A DNA stretch of 32,000 bases from Candidatus Nanopusillus sp. (lineage in GTDB: Archaea > Nanobdellota > Nanobdellia > Nanobdellales > Nanobdellaceae). The stretch is from NCBI GenBank assembly GCA_028275775.1, contig JAPWTZ010000005.1, positions 612 through 32,611 of the forward strand. The letters are read 5' to 3'. Positions within the stretch are counted from its first letter, which is position 1. Each line of letters opens with the position of its first letter. The notes beneath the pieces were generated by a model. That model made no database searches. It was not told the origin of the DNA and saw nothing but the letters and a program-made list of their open reading frames with translations. A program made the position numbers and the translations under genes. Of the stretch, positions 25,399 through 32,000 are shown one piece after another.

Positions 25399-26729
25399 GG
25401 TTCCAACCTATTTGGATCTCTTGGTATTAATACAGCTTCTTTTACATTTTCAATATTTAATAATTGTTTTATATATCTTGCAATACCAAATCCAAATCCA
25501 CCCATTGTTGGAGCACCATATTTAAAGAATTCTAAATAATATTTAAAATTATCTGGATTTAATCCTTTTTCTTTTATTTGTTCTAATAATATTTTATATC
25601 TATGTTCTCTTTGGGAACCTGTAGAAATTTCCAAACCTTTATATAATAGATCAAAGCTTTTTGTTGTTATTGTTCCATTTTTCATTGGTTCTCCTTTCAT
25701 ATGATAAAATGGTCTCGCAGTCCAGGGCCAATCAATTATAAATACAAATTCATTATCATATGTTTTTTTAACATAATCTCCCAAAATTTTTTCTCCTTCA
25801 GATGTTATATCACCATTTTCTTTTATATTATTTTTTCCAACAATTTCATATACTTCTTCCATTTTTATTTTTGGAATATTTTCAGGAACAAATACCTCTA
25901 CATTATAATATTTTTTTATTTCATCTTCAAAATTTTCTTTTATTTTTTTATTTGTATATTTTACAATTTCTTCCAAAACTTTCATTACATCATAATGTGA
26001 ACTTATATATCCAATTTCTACATCAAAAGATGTAAATTCTGTCAAATGTCTTGATGTAAAAGATGGTTCTGCCCTAAAAGCAGGTGCAATCTCAAATACT
26101 TTTTCAAAACCAGAACATATTGCCATTTGTTTATAGAATTGTGGTGATTGAGCTAAATAAGCTTTTCTATTAAAATAGTTTAATTCAAAAACTTCTGCTC
26201 CTCCTTCAGATGCTGTACTTATTATTTTTGGAGAAAATATTTCAATAAAATTATTATTATATAAATATTCTCTAATATATTTTACTGCATATGATGTTAA
26301 CTTAATTATTAAACTTTTCTTTGGATCTCTAAGATCAATCCATCTATAATTTAATCTTTTTTCAAAATATGAATTTTCATCTATAGGTAATCTATCTGCA
26401 GGTTCTCCAATTAAATAAATTTCTTCAGCAACAACTTCTTTATATTTTTTTGCAATTCCTTTAACATACTTTCCTCTAACTACTATAAATGTATGTAAAG
26501 AAAATTCTTTAACAAATTCTAAATCATTAAATATATCTTTTTTTATTGTTATTTGAACATCTCCAGTTTGATCTCTTAATATAATAAATGATATATTTCC
26601 AATATTTTTTATATTTATTATCCATCCGGCCAATACAACTTCTTTATCATATTCAATTTTTTCAAGATCCCTTATATTTATCCTATTTTTTAATAGCTCA
26701 AAACCTTTGTTATAATTATATATGTCCAT
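25395..26729 (-). CDS. aspS: Aspartyl-tRNA synthetase, archaeal type (class IIb)
   Basis: 444 aa. OB-fold N-domain, LAQSPQFYKQ, FRAE, SQREHRY, GGFGFGIARY and C-terminal IPRDPNRLEP. Discriminating versus non-discriminating specificity cannot be told from the sequence. Confidence 0.8.
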   Translation of the reverse strand: MDIYNYNKGFELLKNRINIRDLEKIEYDKEVVLAGWIINIKNIGNISFIILRDQTGDVQITIKKDIFNDLEFVKEFSLHTFIVVRGKYVKGIAKKYKEVVAEEIYLIGEPADRLPIDENSYFEKRLNYRWIDLRDPKKSLIIKLTSYAVKYIREYLYNNNFIEIFSPKIISTASEGGAEVFELNYFNRKAYLAQSPQFYKQMAICSGFEKVFEIAPAFRAEPSFTSRHLTEFTSFDVEIGYISSHYDVMKVLEEIVKYTNKKIKENFEDEIKKYYNVEVFVPENIPKIKMEEVYEIVGKNNIKENGDITSEGEKILGDYVKKTYDNEFVFIIDWPWTARPFYHMKGEPMKNGTITTKSFDLLYKGLEISTGSQREHRYKILLEQIKEKGLNPDNFKYYLEFFKYGAPTMGGFGFGIARYIKQLLNIENVKEAVLIPRDPNRLEP

Positions 26730-26749
26730 AGAGAATTTAGTATAAATAA

Positions 26750-27442
26750 TTACTTTAAATTTTTCATTTTTATATCAATCATTGCATGTAATTCTTTATA
26801 TATTATTGTTAATTTTTCTTCATAACTTATATTTTTTCTTAGATCATATACTGATAAAAAAGGGAGATTTTTATTTTCAATATTTTTTAATTTATCTAAA
26901 AATAAATTATATATTTCATTAAAATTATCATTAACAATTTTTTCTATTTCAATTCTTAATTTATCATATTCTTCAAATCTATTAAAGAATTTTTTAGTAT
27001 AATAATCTACTACAAATATTGGTTTTTCAAATGAATATAATATTATTGCATCACATGTTTCTTTTCCAATTCCTTTTATTTTTAATAATTCATCTCTTAT
27101 TTTATTTATTTCTAATTTAGAAAAATTATCAATATTTCCATAATTTTCTAATATATAATTAGATAAAGATTTTAATGTTTCAAGTTTTCTTAACCTAAAT
27201 GGAACTTTTATATCATTAATGGATAAATTATTTATATTTTCTAATCTAAAAATAAAGTTTTTTGATTTTAAATATTCTATATTTTTTTCTACAAGATCCC
27301 ATTTTGTGTTTTGAGTTAATATTGCTCCAATAATTATTTCTGCTCTCCAATCCCCATTATTTTTATTATGATAATTTAAATCTACTGGCCACCAAAATTG
27401 GAAATCCATTTCTTTAATTAAATTTATAATAGATTCATACAT
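26750..27442 (-). CDS. HhH-GPD superfamily DNA glycosylase (endonuclease III-like, no Fe-S cluster motif)
   Basis: 230 aa. ILTQNTKW, HhH IKGIGKETCDAIILY and a downstream Asp (VVDYY). It lacks the C-terminal four-Cys cluster. The start may be M12 (27409). Confidence 0.65.
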   Translation of the reverse strand: MYESIINLIKEMDFQFWWPVDLNYHNKNNGDWRAEIIIGAILTQNTKWDLVEKNIEYLKSKNFIFRLENINNLSINDIKVPFRLRKLETLKSLSNYILENYGNIDNFSKLEINKIRDELLKIKGIGKETCDAIILYSFEKPIFVVDYYTKKFFNRFEEYDKLRIEIEKIVNDNFNEIYNLFLDKLKNIENKNLPFLSVYDLRKNISYEEKLTIIYKELHAMIDIKMKNLK

Positions 27443-27451
27443 AGATGTATA

Positions 27452-28069
27452 ATGATATTAGTAGATAAAAAAATTAAGGAATATATAAAAAGTGGGAAAA
27501 TAAAAGTTGAACCATTTGATGAAAATATGATAGGTCCAGCATCGTTGGATGTAAGATTAGGATATAAGTTTAGAGTATTTAAAACATTGGAAAAAGAAGT
27601 TATAGATGTAAAAGAGTATTATGATGATATATATACAAGAATAGAGACTAAAGATTATATAATACATATAGGAAAATATTCTGATCTTTATATATTAAAA
27701 AATGATAATGTTCCAATAATAATTCATCCAGGAGAATTTATTTTAGCATCAGTATATGAATATATAGAATTACCAGATAATATTGTTGGACAAATACATG
27801 GTAGATCTTCAATTGGAAGACTTGGTTTAATAGTACATACCTCTGCCGGTTATATTGATCCTGGATATAAAGGATATTTAACATTAGAAATTATTAATGT
27901 AAATAAAGTTCCAATTAAAATATATCCAAAAACAAAAATTGCTCAGATTGTTTTTATTGAAACAGAATCTTCAGAGGTACCATATGATAAAAGGAAAGGA
28001 TCTAAATATTTGAATGAAGAAGGTGCTACAGGATCTTTAATATCAAAAGACTTTAATAATAATTTTTAA
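27452..28069 (+). CDS. dcd: dCTP deaminase (possibly bifunctional dCTP deaminase/dUTPase)
   Basis: 205 aa. MILVDKKIKEYI...GPASLDVRLG, HGRSSIGRLGL, GYIDPGYKGYLTLEI and AQIVF. Confidence 0.85.
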   Translation: MILVDKKIKEYIKSGKIKVEPFDENMIGPASLDVRLGYKFRVFKTLEKEVIDVKEYYDDIYTRIETKDYIIHIGKYSDLYILKNDNVPIIIHPGEFILASVYEYIELPDNIVGQIHGRSSIGRLGLIVHTSAGYIDPGYKGYLTLEIINVNKVPIKIYPKTKIAQIVFIETESSEVPYDKRKGSKYLNEEGATGSLISKDFNNNF

Positions 28070-28093
28070 ACATTTTTTATAAGTTATGAAAAA

Positions 28094-28459
28094 ATGGTAA
28101 AAAGAACTGGACCTACTAATATTTATCTAAGAAAATTGATAAATTTATTAAAAAAGGAAGGGAAGAAAAATAATAGCAAGTTTTGGATATATGTAGCAGA
28201 ACTTTTAAGTAGACCAACGAGAAAAAGAGTTGAAGTAAATTTATCTAAATTAAATAAATATACAAATGATGGAGATACTGTTATAGTTCCTGGAAAATTA
28301 CTTGGTTATGGTATGATAAATAAAAAAATTACAGTTGCTGCATGGAAATATTCATTAAATGCAAAAGAAAAATTGGAGAAGTCTGGTATTAAAATATTAA
28401 CAATAGAAGATCTACTAAAGGCAAATCCAAAAGGTTCAAATATAAAAATAATAATATGA
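28094..28459 (+). CDS. rpl18e: Ribosomal protein L18e
   Basis: 121 aa. TGPTNIYLRKLI, RPTRKRVEVNLSKL, VPGKLLG, and a VAA...NPKGSN tail. It leads the usual L18e-L13-S9 trio. Confidence 0.85.
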   Translation: MVKRTGPTNIYLRKLINLLKKEGKKNNSKFWIYVAELLSRPTRKRVEVNLSKLNKYTNDGDTVIVPGKLLGYGMINKKITVAAWKYSLNAKEKLEKSGIKILTIEDLLKANPKGSNIKIII

Positions 28460-28902
28460 TAGCAATAGGAAGAAAATATATTGATGCAACAGATTCAATT
28501 TTAGGTAGATTAGCATCAAGAGTTGCTAAATATTTATTAGAAGGATATGAAGTATATATATTTAATGCTGAAAAAGCTGTTTTAGTTGGAAGATGGAATA
28601 ATTTGATTAAATATTGGAATCATAAAGTAAATGAAAGGGGAGATTGGATAAAGGGTCCTTTTTATCCTAAAAGACCAGATAAAATATTAAGAAGAGTAAT
28701 TTATGGAATGTTACCAAAAAATAAGAGGGGTAGAGATGCTTTAAAAAAGATAAAGGTTTTCTTAGGATTACCAGAAGAATTTAAGGATGTAAAATTGGAA
28801 AAGATAGAAGAATCTTTAATTCAAAATAGATTAAAGGTTGGAACAATAAAGGAATATCATTATTTGGGAGATATATCAAGGCAAATTGGTGGAAAATTTT
28901 AA
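28456..28902 (+). CDS. rpl13: Ribosomal protein uL13
   Basis: 148 aa. IDATDSILGRLASRVAKYLLEGYEVYIFNAEKAV. There is a 4-nt overlap with rpl18e. Confidence 0.9.
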   Translation: MIAIGRKYIDATDSILGRLASRVAKYLLEGYEVYIFNAEKAVLVGRWNNLIKYWNHKVNERGDWIKGPFYPKRPDKILRRVIYGMLPKNKRGRDALKKIKVFLGLPEEFKDVKLEKIEESLIQNRLKVGTIKEYHYLGDISRQIGGKF

Positions 28903-28928
28903 AAATCTAGTATATAAATTTATATAAC

Positions 28929-29327
28929 ATGACAATAATAGTTACAGCAAAAAGAAAAACAGCAGTTGCAAGGGCATATATAAAAGAAGGTAATGGTAAA
29001 GTTACAATAAATTCTATTCCATTACAAGTATATGAACCATTCTTAGCAAGATTAAGAATAAGTGAACCGTTAATATTGGCTGGAGAAGATTATGTTTCAA
29101 AAGTAAATATAAATGTTAAAGTAAAAGGTGGTGGATATATGGGAAAAGCTGAAGCAGCTAGGATAGCTATTGCAAAGGGTTTAGTAAAATATTTTGATGA
29201 TGATAAATTGAAATTATTATATTTGCAATATGATCCTTATATGTTAAAATCAGACCCAAGGAGAAAAGAACAGAGAAAATCTCCTACATCAAAAGCAAGA
29301 AAACACTATACAACAGCTTATAGATAA
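28929..29327 (+). CDS. rps9: Ribosomal protein uS9
   Basis: 132 aa. KRKTAVARAYIKEGNGKVTIN, GGGYMGKAEAARIAIAKGL and the C-terminal KARKHYTTAYR. Confidence 0.9.
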   Translation: MTIIVTAKRKTAVARAYIKEGNGKVTINSIPLQVYEPFLARLRISEPLILAGEDYVSKVNINVKVKGGGYMGKAEAARIAIAKGLVKYFDDDKLKLLYLQYDPYMLKSDPRRKEQRKSPTSKARKHYTTAYR

Positions 29328-29329
29328 AT

Positions 29330-29668
29330 TTATTCAACTTTTTCAACCTCTACTTTATTTTCAGTTTCTCCTTCTGTTCCTTCTTTTGTTTCTTTGCTAC
29401 CTGTTTCTTCTTTTTCTGATGTAGATTTTACAGAATATACAGCTCTTGATATTATCCAAATCTGTCCCATTGCCTTAATTAACTGATGTGGAGCAATTAT
29501 TCCTTTAATTCCTCTTTTAGATAAATCCGGATCTAATACCCTTATCTTCCATCCATATATTTTATTATCACTTATTATTGCATCTTCAACTTCCCCTAAG
29601 AAATATCCATCTTCTGTATATACCTTTGATCTAGTGGTTTCAGATATCTTTCTAATATTCAATGCCAT
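29330..29668 (-). CDS. Stand-alone PRC-barrel domain protein with acidic C-tail
   Basis: 112 aa. SKVYTEDGYFLGEVEDAIISDNKIYGWKIRV...IIAPHQLIKAMGQIWIIS fits the PRC-barrel pattern. The tail is EKEETGSKETKEGTEGETENKVEVEKVE. Confidence 0.55.
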   Translation of the reverse strand: MALNIRKISETTRSKVYTEDGYFLGEVEDAIISDNKIYGWKIRVLDPDLSKRGIKGIIAPHQLIKAMGQIWIISRAVYSVKSTSEKEETGSKETKEGTEGETENKVEVEKVE

Positions 29669-29733
29669 AAAATAAAATAAATATATTGAATAATTTAAAT
29701 TTTTTCATAATTTAGGTTTAAAAGATGAAATGA

Positions 29734-32000
<2,267 letters not shown>

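Overview
Very AT-rich (about a quarter G+C by eye, not counted), extremely gene-dense (~95% coding) archaeal chromosome segment. Gene content suggests a reduced-genome Nanoarchaeota/DPANN-type archaeon (inference): a euryarchaeal-type archaellum cluster (flaD/E-like, flaF/G-like, flaH, flaI), a single-chain primase, full-length Hef, and ribosomal-protein genes scattered out of their usual operons. I support about 37 protein genes, nearly all housekeeping: translation (uL3, LX, L31e, L18e, uL13, uS9, aIF6, MetRS, AspRS), tRNA modification (Trm5, Trm1, TrmJ-like), dTMP synthesis (Dcd, ThyA), replication/repair (primase, Hef, DHH/RecJ-like, HhH-GPD glycosylase), proteostasis (prefoldin alpha, CDC48, M1 aminopeptidase, rhomboid), and a membrane GT2 synthase. 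There are also two intron-less tRNA genes, Pro-UGG and Arg-UCU. I see no rRNA, CRISPR array, transposase/integrase or recognisable defence genes, and I did not find a convincing novel multi-gene system. The items most worth a second look are: (1) a 422-aa CWB2/toprim-fold-repeat protein with no signal peptide, lying between a RecJ-like DHH gene and the primase gene; (2) a translationally overlapped Hef-DHH pair; (3) a nearly cysteine-free fused primase; (4) ThyA with an extra MtrA-like N-domain; (5) large insertions in MetRS and Trm5; (6) an anomalous 514-nt non-coding gap with an isolated GC island; (7) a C/D-box-like element between the tRNAs; (8) TATA-like boxes at identical offsets from both tRNA 5' ends; (9) a 75-nt perfect intragenic repeat in CDC48. 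All functional calls come from motif recognition by eye and need profile searches to confirm.
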